From positions 26,553 to 90,552 of the IMG/VR virus record IMGVR_UViG_2706795985_000001: DNA of 64,000 nucleotides; one strand, given 5' to 3'. This stretch comes from a virus (lineage: Duplodnaviria > Caudoviricetes). A program made the translations under genes and the position numbers. The notes under the pieces were generated by a model that was not told where the DNA came from, did not search any database, and saw only the letters and a program-made list of their open reading frames with translations. Below are positions 18,355 through 27,186 of this stretch, one piece after another (the stretch's first letter is position 1; every line of letters starts with the position of its first letter).

Positions 18355-19827
18355 ATGCCTAATATAACAAAACCTGCTGGCCTCAGCAATATATGGGCTA
18401 ATGGTGGGACAAAGATAGACCCCGGTGCTTCTAAAGTCAATATAGGTTGGGTAGTTCAACTTCCACCTTATGAGTACCAGAACTGGGTTGATAACAGACA
18501 GGATAGAGCCATTGCACACTTCAGTCAACATGGTATCCCTGAATGGGATGACGGGACTGAGTACCAAGGTCTACTAAGCTACACACAAGGTAGTAACGGG
18601 ATCATCTACAAGTGTATTCAAACCAACACAAACAAAGACCCATCCAACACGTTGAACGGCCAATACTGGGCTGTCGCTTTCGAAACCTACGGAAGTGTTG
18701 CTGCTGTTCAAGCACAACTTAACGCACACATCACCAACTACCAAACTCTGTCTGGAGTTGGAAACCCTGCTGCTGCCCGTGCTAACTTGTCTGTCTACTC
18801 CAAGTCAGAGTCTGATGCAAGGTTTGCAAGCCTGAATGGTAACCCTGCTCAAGTGTTTGCCGTTGGTGTCGCAACTCAACCTGAACATGCTGTACGCCTC
18901 GGACAAGTAGCTTCCCTGTTGACACAGGCTACAGAATCTAACTCTGGTGTTGTTCGTCTCGCTACAATTGGCGTAACTGAGCAGGGTACAGATGATAGCA
19001 CAGCACTCACCCCGCTGAAAGCTAGTACAGTCTATCTTAAAAAATCTGGAAACTTGGCAGGTTTACCCAATGTTGCGGCTGCAAGAAGCAACTTAGGACT
19101 TGGGTCTATGGCAACACAAAATGTAGGCTCTTTCCTGCAAGCTGGTAACAACCTAGCCGAGATTCTTAATGTGGGTGTTGCTAGAAATAACTTAGGTTTA
19201 AGTACCACTGCCACTCAGCCGGAGACCTACTTCCTAAGATCAGGTCTAAATCTAACTGATCTTACTAATGTGGGGCAGGCTAGAAACTCACTGGGTCTCA
19301 CACAGACAGCCACATGGCCTCTGGGCGACCTCATGCAGAAGGGTGAGAACCTTGCTGGTCTGACAAGCTTACCAACAGCTAGAGCTAATCTTGGTCTTGG
19401 ATCAGCTGCACTATCCAATTCGGGCGATTTTTTGCTAAAAGGTAATAACCTTGCTGATCTTACTAACAGCCAAGATGCGAGGAACAACCTAGGCTTAGGC
19501 AACCTGTCAGTTCTCAATGTATTTGGATTGGGCGGTGCAAACCTAGACTTTACCAAATCCCTTGGTGGCTCAGGTGATGGTTACTTTAGGATCAATGACA
19601 TAGTTGTGAACTACGGAAGATTCTCTGTAGGTGCACGTGGGGCTAGAGTTAATGTAACTTTCAGTCTAAGAACCTCTAGCACTCTTTTCGCAGGAGTTCT
19701 TCCTGATAATGCTGCAACTGATCAAATGGGCACATCCGCTGTAACAAATGTTGGTATGTCAATTGGCACCGGTGCAAGCGATGGTTTCAACAGAACTGGT
19801 TACTGGTTTCAAGTAGGCACTGCTTAA
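18355..19827 (+). CDS. Second tail fibre protein
   Basis: N-terminus paralogous to the 15811 fibre; five ~33-aa NL..L..AR.NLGL shaft repeats. Confidence 0.85.
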   Translation: MPNITKPAGLSNIWANGGTKIDPGASKVNIGWVVQLPPYEYQNWVDNRQDRAIAHFSQHGIPEWDDGTEYQGLLSYTQGSNGIIYKCIQTNTNKDPSNTLNGQYWAVAFETYGSVAAVQAQLNAHITNYQTLSGVGNPAAARANLSVYSKSESDARFASLNGNPAQVFAVGVATQPEHAVRLGQVASLLTQATESNSGVVRLATIGVTEQGTDDSTALTPLKASTVYLKKSGNLAGLPNVAAARSNLGLGSMATQNVGSFLQAGNNLAEILNVGVARNNLGLSTTATQPETYFLRSGLNLTDLTNVGQARNSLGLTQTATWPLGDLMQKGENLAGLTSLPTARANLGLGSAALSNSGDFLLKGNNLADLTNSQDARNNLGLGNLSVLNVFGLGGANLDFTKSLGGSGDGYFRINDIVVNYGRFSVGARGARVNVTFSLRTSSTLFAGVLPDNAATDQMGTSAVTNVGMSIGTGASDGFNRTGYWFQVGTA

Positions 19828-19836
19828 GGAGCTTAT

Positions 19837-20400
19837 ATGTTAAGTGAAAAATCTTTTGTGGAGGCAGCTGCTAGTCTTGGCTGCGAAGTGGCAGCTATCA
19901 AGGCAATTGCCTCTGTCGAGACTAAGGGCAGTGCATGGATCACCCCCGGAGTCCCCCAGATCCTCTATGAACGTCACATCATGGCTAGGCTACTCAAGGC
20001 TAAGGGTGTGCCCATTGCGGGCCTCCCAAGCGATCTGGTGAACACCACGCCGGGGGGTTATGGTAAATTCTCGGAGCAACATGGAAAGCTGGACAGAGCT
20101 GTGAAGATTGACAGGGAATGTGCTTTGCAGTCTTGTTCTTGGGGGATGTTCCAGCTGATGGGATTCAACTATAAGTTGTGTGGGTACGCCACAGTTCAAG
20201 CATTTGTAAATGCTATGTACAAAAGTGAAGACGAACAGTTAAATGCTTTTGTAGGTTTCATTAAGAGTAATCTACAACTTAATGATGCATTGAAATCTAA
20301 AGACTGGGCAACTGTTGCCAGACTTTACAATGGTGCTGATTATAAGATAAACAGCTACGACCAGAAGCTGGCAGTGGCTTACGAATCCAACAAGCGATAA
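19837..20400 (+). CDS. Endolysin (N-acetylmuramidase family)
   Basis: AIASVET, ILYERH, SWGMFQLMGFNY, ARLYNG..Y motifs; head of lysis cassette. Confidence 0.9.
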   Translation: MLSEKSFVEAAASLGCEVAAIKAIASVETKGSAWITPGVPQILYERHIMARLLKAKGVPIAGLPSDLVNTTPGGYGKFSEQHGKLDRAVKIDRECALQSCSWGMFQLMGFNYKLCGYATVQAFVNAMYKSEDEQLNAFVGFIKSNLQLNDALKSKDWATVARLYNGADYKINSYDQKLAVAYESNKR

Positions 20401-20410
20401 AAGAGGATTT

Positions 20411-20662
20411 ATGAAAAAGAAAACAAAGTCTAGAACTTCAATTATTTTAGGTTTCTTTGTTGTACTCTTTCTTGCCCTCGACCCTCTTATGATGCTTTGG
20501 CAGTCTGTGCTACCAGCCGGTAGTTATGCTGCCATTGCCACATTCCTAGCCGTTATACGAACTGGCCTAAACTACTACATGACAACAACATCAAGTATTG
20601 AGGAAGACCAACAAGAAGCTGAGGAAAAAGGAGAAGAGGTTAAGGAAGATACTATAGTCTAA
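20411..20662 (+). CDS. Putative holin
   Basis: Basic N-terminus, two hydrophobic segments, acidic tail; directly after endolysin. Confidence 0.65.
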   Translation: MKKKTKSRTSIILGFFVVLFLALDPLMMLWQSVLPAGSYAAIATFLAVIRTGLNYYMTTTSSIEEDQQEAEEKGEEVKEDTIV

Positions 20663-20677
20663 TTACTGGAGTACTAA

Positions 20678-21103
20678 ATGAATTACATTACAGGAATACT
20701 GTTGGCCATTGCCATACTTTGTGGGGGCCTTGCCCACTATGAACATAGGCAAGTAAAAGAGCTTACATTGGAAGTAAGTACTTATAAAAGTGCAGCAGAA
20801 CTCAACCTTAAGGCTAAAGAAGAAGCTGATGCTTCTTGTATAGTCACAGTTGACTCTCTAAACCACTACTACAAGGAGCAAGCTAAGATTGATGAGTCCC
20901 AGACAACCACTGGTACAGCTGTCAACTCACTACCCACACTGACTATCAAGGATAAAGCTAATGCAGCTCCTAAGAAGCCTCAGACCCCTTCTGAGACAAA
21001 TCGCTACAGTGATGATGATCGTCTCAGCCCTGACACTATGCGGTTGCTCGACGAAGCCTACTGTTACGGTGACAAAGACGGTTGTTCTACAACCACCAAG
21101 TGA
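20678..21103 (+). CDS. i-spanin 1 (Rz-like)
   Basis: N-terminal TM segment and coiled coil; overlapped at 3' end by a lipoprotein ORF. Confidence 0.75.
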   Translation: MNYITGILLAIAILCGGLAHYEHRQVKELTLEVSTYKSAAELNLKAKEEADASCIVTVDSLNHYYKEQAKIDESQTTTGTAVNSLPTLTIKDKANAAPKKPQTPSETNRYSDDDRLSPDTMRLLDEAYCYGDKDGCSTTTK

Positions 21104-21272
21104 ATACCTAACCCTTTGTAAGCCAGAGAAAGTTAAAGAAGACACTGTTCGTGCATTAGCACATGGTTATGTGGTCAACACGTACGAAGTGTGGAAGTGC
21201 AACTCCCGACTAGAATCTTTAAAACTATGGCTTGAGGAACAGGAGAAGATATATGGAGATTCTAAAAAGTAA
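20961..21272 (+). CDS. o-spanin 1 (Rz1-like lipoprotein)
   Basis: Signal peptide ending in lipobox LCG-C; Pro/Cys pattern; starts inside i-spanin 1. Confidence 0.75.
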   Translation: MQLLRSLRPLLRQIATVMMIVSALTLCGCSTKPTVTVTKTVVLQPPSEYLTLCKPEKVKEDTVRALAHGYVVNTYEVWKCNSRLESLKLWLEEQEKIYGDSKK

Positions 21273-21690
21273 GTCCTCTATTCTACTATTTACGATGGCA
21301 GTTATATACTTCGTAGCTGTAGGGTACTATGCAATAATGCTTCAATCTAGAATTAACCAAAGGGATGTGACAATTGCCATGTGGCAAGATAAAGCCCAAC
21401 ACTACGAAGTTGCCTATAATGATAGTGTCAGCTCTTGTGCATTGGCCACATCGAAGTTCTTACAGGAAGAGTCCTTGAAAAAGGAACTCAAAGTTAAAAA
21501 TTCTCAGATAAAAGTACAAGAGAGACTAAAAGATATTGTATACTCTGAGGTAAAACCAAATGATAAACCGATTAAAGTTGCTACTCCTATCGACACTGTT
21601 GATCCTAACATTATACGGATGCTCAACGCACCAGTCTGTGCAGAAGAGCCCTCCAAGTGTCCGGGTGATTCCAAAGGAACTAGTAAATAA
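21253..21690 (+). CDS. i-spanin 2 (Rz-like)
   Basis: AGGAG SD before ATG 21253; TM segment, coiled coil and C-terminal Cys pair; overlapped by a lipoprotein ORF. Confidence 0.65.
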   Translation: MEILKSKSSILLFTMAVIYFVAVGYYAIMLQSRINQRDVTIAMWQDKAQHYEVAYNDSVSSCALATSKFLQEESLKKELKVKNSQIKVQERLKDIVYSEVKPNDKPIKVATPIDTVDPNIIRMLNAPVCAEEPSKCPGDSKGTSK

Positions 21691-21850
21691 AGCCAACCTA
21701 ACACCAATTCAAAAGAATACTAGTAAGAGTATACAAGACGCCTATAAGCACAATACTAATGAGGCGTTGAAGTGTAACCAGAGTTTAGAAGATATTCAGA
21801 ACTGGTATAAAATGCAAGAGGGAGATGTTAAAGATGACCGGAGCAAATGA
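21560..21850 (+). CDS. o-spanin 2 (Rz1-like lipoprotein)
   Basis: Signal peptide LLLLSTLLILTLYG-C lipobox; starts inside i-spanin 2. Confidence 0.7.
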   Translation: MINRLKLLLLSTLLILTLYGCSTHQSVQKSPPSVRVIPKELVNKANLTPIQKNTSKSIQDAYKHNTNEALKCNQSLEDIQNWYKMQEGDVKDDRSK

Positions 21851-22133
21851 CATGATCAAGAGCGTTCTTAGCTATGTAGCAGGTGCTCTGCTAATGATCT
21901 GTATGGGCGTGGTAGGATACCAACAATCCCAAATTAGTAAACTAGATGATAGACTGTATACACTTCAAGCTACTACTGTCACGGAAGACAAGCTTAATAC
22001 GGCTGTAAACAGACTTAGTGCTGAAATGGATACAAAGATTATCAGCATTCGTAACGAACAGCAAATAACAAACAAATGGCTTGAGCGTGTAATGGACAAG
22101 TTGGAAGACAGAAGCAGCCCTACCAAGAGATGA
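21834..22133 (+). CDS. Membrane-anchored coiled-coil protein (lysis region)
   Basis: One N-terminal TM segment followed by heptad-rich helix. Confidence 0.55.
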   Translation: MTGANDMIKSVLSYVAGALLMICMGVVGYQQSQISKLDDRLYTLQATTVTEDKLNTAVNRLSAEMDTKIISIRNEQQITNKWLERVMDKLEDRSSPTKR

Positions 22134-22142
22134 GGTAGTCTT

Positions 22143-22466
22143 ATGACAAGAAGTACGGAATGGCCTTGGATGGCCGCAGTTGGAAGTCTTCTTGCCGCAC
22201 TCCTTTTTTGTATATGTCTACTGGCCTTCCCTACCTATAATAACAAAACAGGTCAACTTGAACTAGAAGTAGCCAAGCAAGATTATCAAAGACAGTTATC
22301 CGCAATTGATAGGAAGTACGAGACAAAGATCAACAATTTGCAAGAGCAGATCACCAGCCTACAGTTCATCTCTAACAAGAGGTATGACCTGCTGGATGAG
22401 GACGTGAAAAGGATTAAACGTGAGATTGATGACCTACAAGAAAGACTGAAAGCCCGTACTCGTTAG
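22143..22466 (+). CDS. Membrane-anchored coiled-coil protein (lysis region)
   Basis: One N-terminal TM segment followed by coiled coil. Confidence 0.55.
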   Translation: MTRSTEWPWMAAVGSLLAALLFCICLLAFPTYNNKTGQLELEVAKQDYQRQLSAIDRKYETKINNLQEQITSLQFISNKRYDLLDEDVKRIKREIDDLQERLKARTR

Positions 22467-22480
22467 AGTCGGGCTTTTTT
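22449..22480 (+). terminator. Terminator ending the late operon
   Basis: AAAGCCCG...CGGGCTTT plus T tract. Confidence 0.8.
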
Positions 22481-22614
22481 GTTGTCTACCGTTTAATAGC
22501 CCTATTAACTCCACCCAGTGGTGTTGTGGGTCTTTATGTATATACTGACCATATTATCTCCGTCATTAAATAGTTAATGCTAATGACCAGTATATATACC
22601 TTAAGTATAGAAAG

Positions 22615-23757
22615 TCAATCCTCTAAGATTAGATATCGGTTTGAGATTACCTTGAAAGAGAAATCCCTTGTCGTGCTTTTATAAACGTAACCCTCACGAA
22701 ACTTGCCGTTCAGTCCACTTGGGCCATCAGCCCTAATGAGTGCCGTTGCCACAGTTGGTGTGGGCAATGGCCCTGTATAGTTCACAGGTACATGTCTCAC
22801 CCCTTGATCAGTGCAGAACTTGATGCGTTCGGCAGGAAGCATGTAACGTTGTTCGTCAATCAAGAACACATCGTAGCAGAAGAATGTGTTCTCTTCCAAA
22901 CCCTCAAAGTTTTTCTGAATCGAAGGACCACACATCTCACCCTGAATAGCGAGGTTACGACCATCACGACGAATCGCTTCAATCAAACCAGCATCAGTAG
23001 CCATCTGTGTGAAGGCGTTGTCGTCCTTCTTGATTACACGTTCCCACTTCGCAGCGCGTAGACCACGATTCCGCACATGGTCAACGAAGCGAGAAAGAGT
23101 AGAAAGGAAACTACGCTTTTCGTCTTCCATCCGAAAGCCCACGTTACGGCTAGCCACACCAGCCACGCCGTCATGAACAAACGCAGTAAGAGAGCTTCCA
23201 TCAAGCTTGAAAGATTCCTCAAATTCTTCTCCATCGGCAACAGCCTTCAAGTATAGGTTAGTGATGTTTTGCACGCGAGTCTGGTCAGTCTTCGGGATGA
23301 ACTTCGGGAAGCCCAATGCAGAAGTGCCAGTCTTGACGCCCATGCCACCAGCGTTGTTCATGCTGGCTTCTTCAGCCTTCTCGTACTTGACAACGCCAAG
23401 AACTTTGGTCATATCGTCACCAACCTGACCATTGAAGCCGGTTTCAGTCAGTGGGATCATGTAACCCTGCGAGAGTTGCTTACGCAGTTTCATGGTCTTG
23501 ACACGTGCATGAATACGGCCATCAATGTTGTGGAGCAGTTTAGAACTCCAGTTGGCAGCATCAGCAAAGTAAGGGCGTTCTGTATCAAGAAGGGAGTCCA
23601 CTTCAAAGAATACAGCCTTTGTAGCCATAGGCTCATAAAGACCCTTCTGAACAACAACCTGCCAGCCGCCAACGATGGCCAGCTCGATCCTATCGGCTCC
23701 AGCAATCTCATGAAGGCTATCAATCAAAACAACTCTTGCCAATTTACGCTCACTCAT
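22615..23757 (-). CDS. RNA ligase (Rnl2 / DRB0094-like family)
   Basis: Nucleotidyltransferase motifs FKLDGSS (I), IQGEMCG (III), FFCYDV (IIIa), REGYV (IV), FKVIS (V); N-terminal ADRIELA domain. Confidence 0.9.
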   Translation of the reverse strand: MSERKLARVVLIDSLHEIAGADRIELAIVGGWQVVVQKGLYEPMATKAVFFEVDSLLDTERPYFADAANWSSKLLHNIDGRIHARVKTMKLRKQLSQGYMIPLTETGFNGQVGDDMTKVLGVVKYEKAEEASMNNAGGMGVKTGTSALGFPKFIPKTDQTRVQNITNLYLKAVADGEEFEESFKLDGSSLTAFVHDGVAGVASRNVGFRMEDEKRSFLSTLSRFVDHVRNRGLRAAKWERVIKKDDNAFTQMATDAGLIEAIRRDGRNLAIQGEMCGPSIQKNFEGLEENTFFCYDVFLIDEQRYMLPAERIKFCTDQGVRHVPVNYTGPLPTPTVATALIRADGPSGLNGKFREGYVYKSTTRDFSFKVISNRYLILED

Positions 23758-23773
23758 TTTTATCACTCCCTTC

Positions 23774-24079
23774 TCAGTTGTTGATTGTCACATTACCAGT
23801 AACGTTAAGTGTGATGTTTGCTGGCAGTTGCCGAGAGTCCATGACAAGTGAAGGCTGGCCATCTGCACAAATGTTCTGCATGCACCCCAGACCAGCTGGT
23901 GCCTGAGTCTCAGGGCTTGGAAACATCTCCTCAAGAAAGTTCTTAAGCTTGGTAACATCCTCATCGGTCAGTTCGATGCTTGTGCTGTTGTTTATAACTA
24001 CGTACAACGCATCGCCCTCAATTTCAAAAGATGCGAAGTCGTTATATTGGTCAGCAAGTTTCAAGATCTTTTGGCTCAT
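23774..24079 (-). CDS. Hypothetical protein
   Basis: GGAGG SD before ATG 24079; co-oriented with RNA ligase. Confidence 0.6.
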   Translation of the reverse strand: MSQKILKLADQYNDFASFEIEGDALYVVINNSTSIELTDEDVTKLKNFLEEMFPSPETQAPAGLGCMQNICADGQPSLVMDSRQLPANITLNVTGNVTINN

Positions 24080-24112
24080 TTTTGTTTCCTCCATTTGTGT
24101 TTGATCTCGCTC

Positions 24113-24173
24113 AGTCTACAGGATCAAGAAACCTTGTCAACAGGCTTGACAGAAATATTTTCCATGGTAGACT
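24113..24173. promoter_or_regulatory. Back-to-back divergent sigma70-type promoters
   Basis: Minus strand TTGACA(24140-35)-N16-TAGACT; plus strand TTGACA(24146-51)-N16-TAGACT; the -35 boxes are 5 bp apart. Confidence 0.8.
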
Positions 24174-24194
24174 TAACCACATCGCAGAGAGATA

Positions 24195-24443
24195 TGTCGA
24201 GCTAACGCTTCCCTCACCGTCCTGCGGGTGTACCGTCCTATGAAGAGTTTGCTGCTGGGACAGCTGAGGTTGAATGAGAGAACAGCGCAGTGATGACCCT
24301 TTATAGGGGAAGGCTCTCAATCTATAGCGTCCCATGACGCCGACTTGCGATCTGAGTTTTGGATAGCTTAGGAGATAGACCACAAGGCACGTCTTAGGCT
24401 GTTAACTCAGTATGGCGAGCCTTGGGATAGGTTTATCTCGACA
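24195..24443 (+). ncRNA. Candidate structured non-coding RNA / long leader
   Basis: No plus-strand ORF; closing stem UGUCGAGCUAA/UUAUCUCGACA; nested stems UGGGAC/GUCCCA, AGGUUGA/UCAAUCU, GAUAGACC/GGUUUAUC, CAAGGC/GCCUUG. Confidence 0.55.
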
Positions 24444-24472
24444 ATACGAAACTGGTTTTGGATAGGGGCAAT

Positions 24473-24613
24473 ATGAACGAAATTATCTACAGAGCTACAA
24501 ACATCGCCAACGGAAAGTCCTATATAGGAAAGACAGTGGCAGGTCTTGATAAGAGGCGAAGACAACATGAACGGAACTCCAAAAGAGCAGTCCAATGGGC
24601 GAAGGAGCAATGA
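24473..24613 (+). pseudogene. GIY-YIG endonuclease N-terminal remnant (46 aa)
   Basis: MNEIIYRATNIANGKSYIGKTVAGLDKRRRQHE then stop; catalytic Glu region missing. Confidence 0.75.
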
Positions 24614-25014
24614 TGATTGAGTGGGTTGACAATTGGGGTAAATACCGTGAAGAAAGAGACAGCCGAAATGAGTACAGAGATTGTGTTGTAGTTTCCTTCT
24701 GTGAGGTGTGGAGAGCGCCTTATGATGCTGCCCACAGGCATATACGTAAAATGTTCGGTCGTAAGAACCGACAAGGAACTAATACAGCCAATTGTAGGGA
24801 TGCTGTGGCAAGGTGTCCTAAAACAAAGATGGCTAAGGAGGAGTGGAGTAAAGGGGAGAGACCAACCATAGCTCAGTTTTGTAAAAATCATCCTGAGGGA
24901 CGTTATTGGGTATTTGTAAGTGGTCATGCACTTGCCGTTATTGATGGAATCGTGTACGATCATAAACACGGACCACGGCGTAGAGTTGCTTTTGCATTCA
25001 GGGTTTACGTATGA
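24610..25014 (+). CDS. Hypothetical protein with spaced Cys/His/Asp residues (possible thiol hydrolase)
   Basis: RDCVV...SGHALAVIDGIVYDH. Confidence 0.5.
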   Translation: MMIEWVDNWGKYREERDSRNEYRDCVVVSFCEVWRAPYDAAHRHIRKMFGRKNRQGTNTANCRDAVARCPKTKMAKEEWSKGERPTIAQFCKNHPEGRYWVFVSGHALAVIDGIVYDHKHGPRRRVAFAFRVYV

Positions 25015-25223
25015 AGTTTTTGTTGTGCTTAGTGTTGTTTTCTGTTACCATGTTCGGCTCAATGTTTGTGGTCAGAACAAACCACTTCGATGACCAGAAA
25101 ATGGCTTGCATTAGAGTTGATGGTAATGGTAAAGTTCTCTACAGCAAAATGGGGCTTCCTATTGGATATGAGTGTATGAGGCTACACCTTGTTTTAAAGT
25201 ATAGGAATGGAGGCTACAAATGA
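25011..25223 (+). CDS. Hypothetical membrane/secreted protein
   Basis: Hydrophobic N-terminus; ATGA coupling. Confidence 0.5.
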   Translation: MKFLLCLVLFSVTMFGSMFVVRTNHFDDQKMACIRVDGNGKVLYSKMGLPIGYECMRLHLVLKYRNGGYK

Positions 25224-25414
25224 ACAACGAACTGATGGCGGCATTCAAAGCTCTGCGTGTTAGCGAGCGCTCTGCGGTGTTGCAAGACTTAGGCTACAAC
25301 ATGCATCCAGCGGTTCATGAGACTGGCAATGAGTTTGCTGTACGTGTGCTACGTCAGATTTCATGTGACGGAGCTATCCGTGAACTTGAGAACTCCATGC
25401 GGAGGTTTCAATAG
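25220..25414 (+). CDS. Hypothetical protein
   Basis: GGAGG SD; coupled in operon. Confidence 0.55.
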   Translation: MNNELMAAFKALRVSERSAVLQDLGYNMHPAVHETGNEFAVRVLRQISCDGAIRELENSMRRFQ

Positions 25415-25772
25415 TGGAACATAAATTTGAGTGGAGTCCACCTGCATTGAACATTGACCCTTGGGCGCGTACAGACTTTCTGGTGGCTGAGCCAAAGGTT
25501 GTGGCATTTGACTACGACGAGACAATCAGCGACAGTGAGAGTACATGGCTTGCAGTTATGCTTTTGCTTGAGAAGCAGGGTTACCACTGTATCGTCTGTA
25601 CATGGAGGACTCCAACAACCTATCCAGAAGATTTACAATTTCTGGTTGACAGGGGTTTCAAGGTGTACTACACTTCTGGTCAAGCAAAACGAACATACAT
25701 GGAAAAGCAAGGTGTGAAGGTCGCCATCTGGATTGACACAACCCTTTCGCTATTCTGAACAACGCCAATTAG
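25414..25772 (+). CDS. HAD-family phosphatase (PNK 3'-phosphatase-like); 1-nt frameshift near 25738
   Basis: VVAFDYDETI (motif I), CTWR, K; restoring one G gives IWIDDNPFAILNNAN* (motif IV). Confidence 0.7.
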
Positions 25773-25780
25773 GAGGCCAT

Positions 25781-26131
25781 ATGTACGGTGCAATTCATCT
25801 GAGTCAATTGCTGGAACTGGGCGACCAGAATCTCACACGTGAGTTCTTTGGGTATCACGGCTGGCGTATCCTGCCGCTGGACGCTGCACCGGCTGACAAG
25901 TTTGTCGCTGAGATGGTGTTCAAACGTCTTGACGATGTGATGTTTCCCGGCCATACTGTGGCACACGGCTTGATCTACAACGACTCTCGCGGTATCTTCC
26001 GTGATGGTGAGCCTGTACGCACTTCGACTGTGAAGCAGATCGTTGAGATTGACGGCGATCTTTACATCGAAACACGCAACACCATGTACAAGGTGATCAA
26101 CCGAGACGATGTTGAGACACCAAACGTGTAA
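25781..26131 (+). CDS. Hypothetical protein
   Basis: AGGAGG SD before ATG 25781; IYNDSRGIFRDGEPVRTS..ETRNTMY. Confidence 0.6.
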   Translation: MYGAIHLSQLLELGDQNLTREFFGYHGWRILPLDAAPADKFVAEMVFKRLDDVMFPGHTVAHGLIYNDSRGIFRDGEPVRTSTVKQIVEIDGDLYIETRNTMYKVINRDDVETPNV

Positions 26132-26139
26132 AATAGTTG

Positions 26140-26168
26140 TTGACAGGTCGTAAGACCCCTGTTACACT
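26140..26168 (+). promoter_or_regulatory. sigma70-type promoter
   Basis: TTGACA-N17-TACACT. Confidence 0.8.
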
Positions 26169-26200
26169 TACCAAATCAAATATCAAAGGAGAGAAACAAA

Positions 26201-26818
26201 ATGGCACAGATTTCCATTACCCGCGCTTTGGCTGAAGTAAAATCCCTGAACGACCGTATCGAGAAAGCCACTCGACAAGCCGTATTCGTTACAGTGACTG
26301 TTGGTGGCAAGACTACCAATGGTCAAGACCTTCAGACGGCTACCAACCAGTTGAAGGCAAGCTTGCAATCGGTTCAAGACCTGATCGCTCGTCGTCAAGC
26401 AGTTAAGACTGCAATCATCCGTTCGAATGCTGTGGCTACTGTCACCATCAACGGCAAGACTCTGACCGTGGCTGAGGCCATCGAGCGTAAGGGTTCCATC
26501 GACAAAGAGCGTGCTCTGATGTCCGTCCTGCAAACTCAACTGGGTCAAGTACGATCTGTTGTGGAACGTAACAACGTTCAAATGCAAGGCCGTATCGACA
26601 CCATGCTTCAAGCTGCTGTTGGTAAGGAACGCAAGGCTACCGAGGAAGAGCTAGAGGCCATCAGCAAGCCCTACACTGCTTCGAACGTAACCGCTCCACT
26701 TGACCCTAACGGGCTGGAAGCTGTGATCCTGAAGATGGAAGCTGATATCAACGGTTTCTTGTTTGAGGTTGACTTCGCTCTGTCTGAGGCTAACGCCAAG
26801 ACCTTGATTGAAGCCTAA
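26201..26818 (+). CDS. Helical protein of unknown function, DIP1984/septicolysin-like architecture
   Basis: ISITRALAEVK..RI; IIRSNA..TVAEAIERK; EVDFALSEANAKTLIE; strongly biased codons. Family assignment is recalled, not searched. Confidence 0.6.
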   Translation: MAQISITRALAEVKSLNDRIEKATRQAVFVTVTVGGKTTNGQDLQTATNQLKASLQSVQDLIARRQAVKTAIIRSNAVATVTINGKTLTVAEAIERKGSIDKERALMSVLQTQLGQVRSVVERNNVQMQGRIDTMLQAAVGKERKATEEELEAISKPYTASNVTAPLDPNGLEAVILKMEADINGFLFEVDFALSEANAKTLIEA

Positions 26819-26844
26819 CAGCTTTCGGTCTAACGTAAAAGTTT

Positions 26845-27179
26845 TCTCATGCTGCGACGAATTGCCTAAATTCACGCAACCCATTCCTTGGGGGTATATC
26901 CGGGGAGCCTATTTTAGAATAGCCTAATGGCTAATCCAAAGACTAGTGAATATTCTCATTCGCATATGATCGCCTCCGTTTTGAGGAGGCTGTATTGACT
27001 ACGTTCAAAGATCAAATAGGAAAGCTGCAAAGCTAAAAGATGAAGGGCCTTCGAGCCATATAAACCTTTTAAAGATTTAACCAGTATCGATACAAAGCTT
27101 CTCCAAATCTTGGATACATGTTGAGACGTATCTGTGTGACGGACGCTGGCAATGCTACCGAGCTGTCGTGGGCATGAGA
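26845..27179 (+). ncRNA. Candidate large structured ncRNA with AAAG repeats
   Basis: Closing helix UCUCAUGCUGCGACG/UGUCGUGGGCAUGAGA, then AUUGCC/GGCAAU and AUUCAC/GUGAAU, at least five internal hairpins; no plus-strand ORF; terminator directly after. Confidence 0.7.
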
Positions 27180-27186
27180 CCCAATT

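Noticed and set aside
18355-19827. Repeats in tail fibres as a diversity-generating or invertible system
   Set aside because: They are ordinary protein-level shaft repeats; there is no reverse transcriptase, template repeat, invertase or inverted crossover site.
24285-24318. Hammerhead-like core (GUGAUGA-stem-GAAG) in the first candidate RNA
   Set aside because: C3 and A15.1 are not conserved, there is no stem I, and no UH cleavage triplet pairs correctly.
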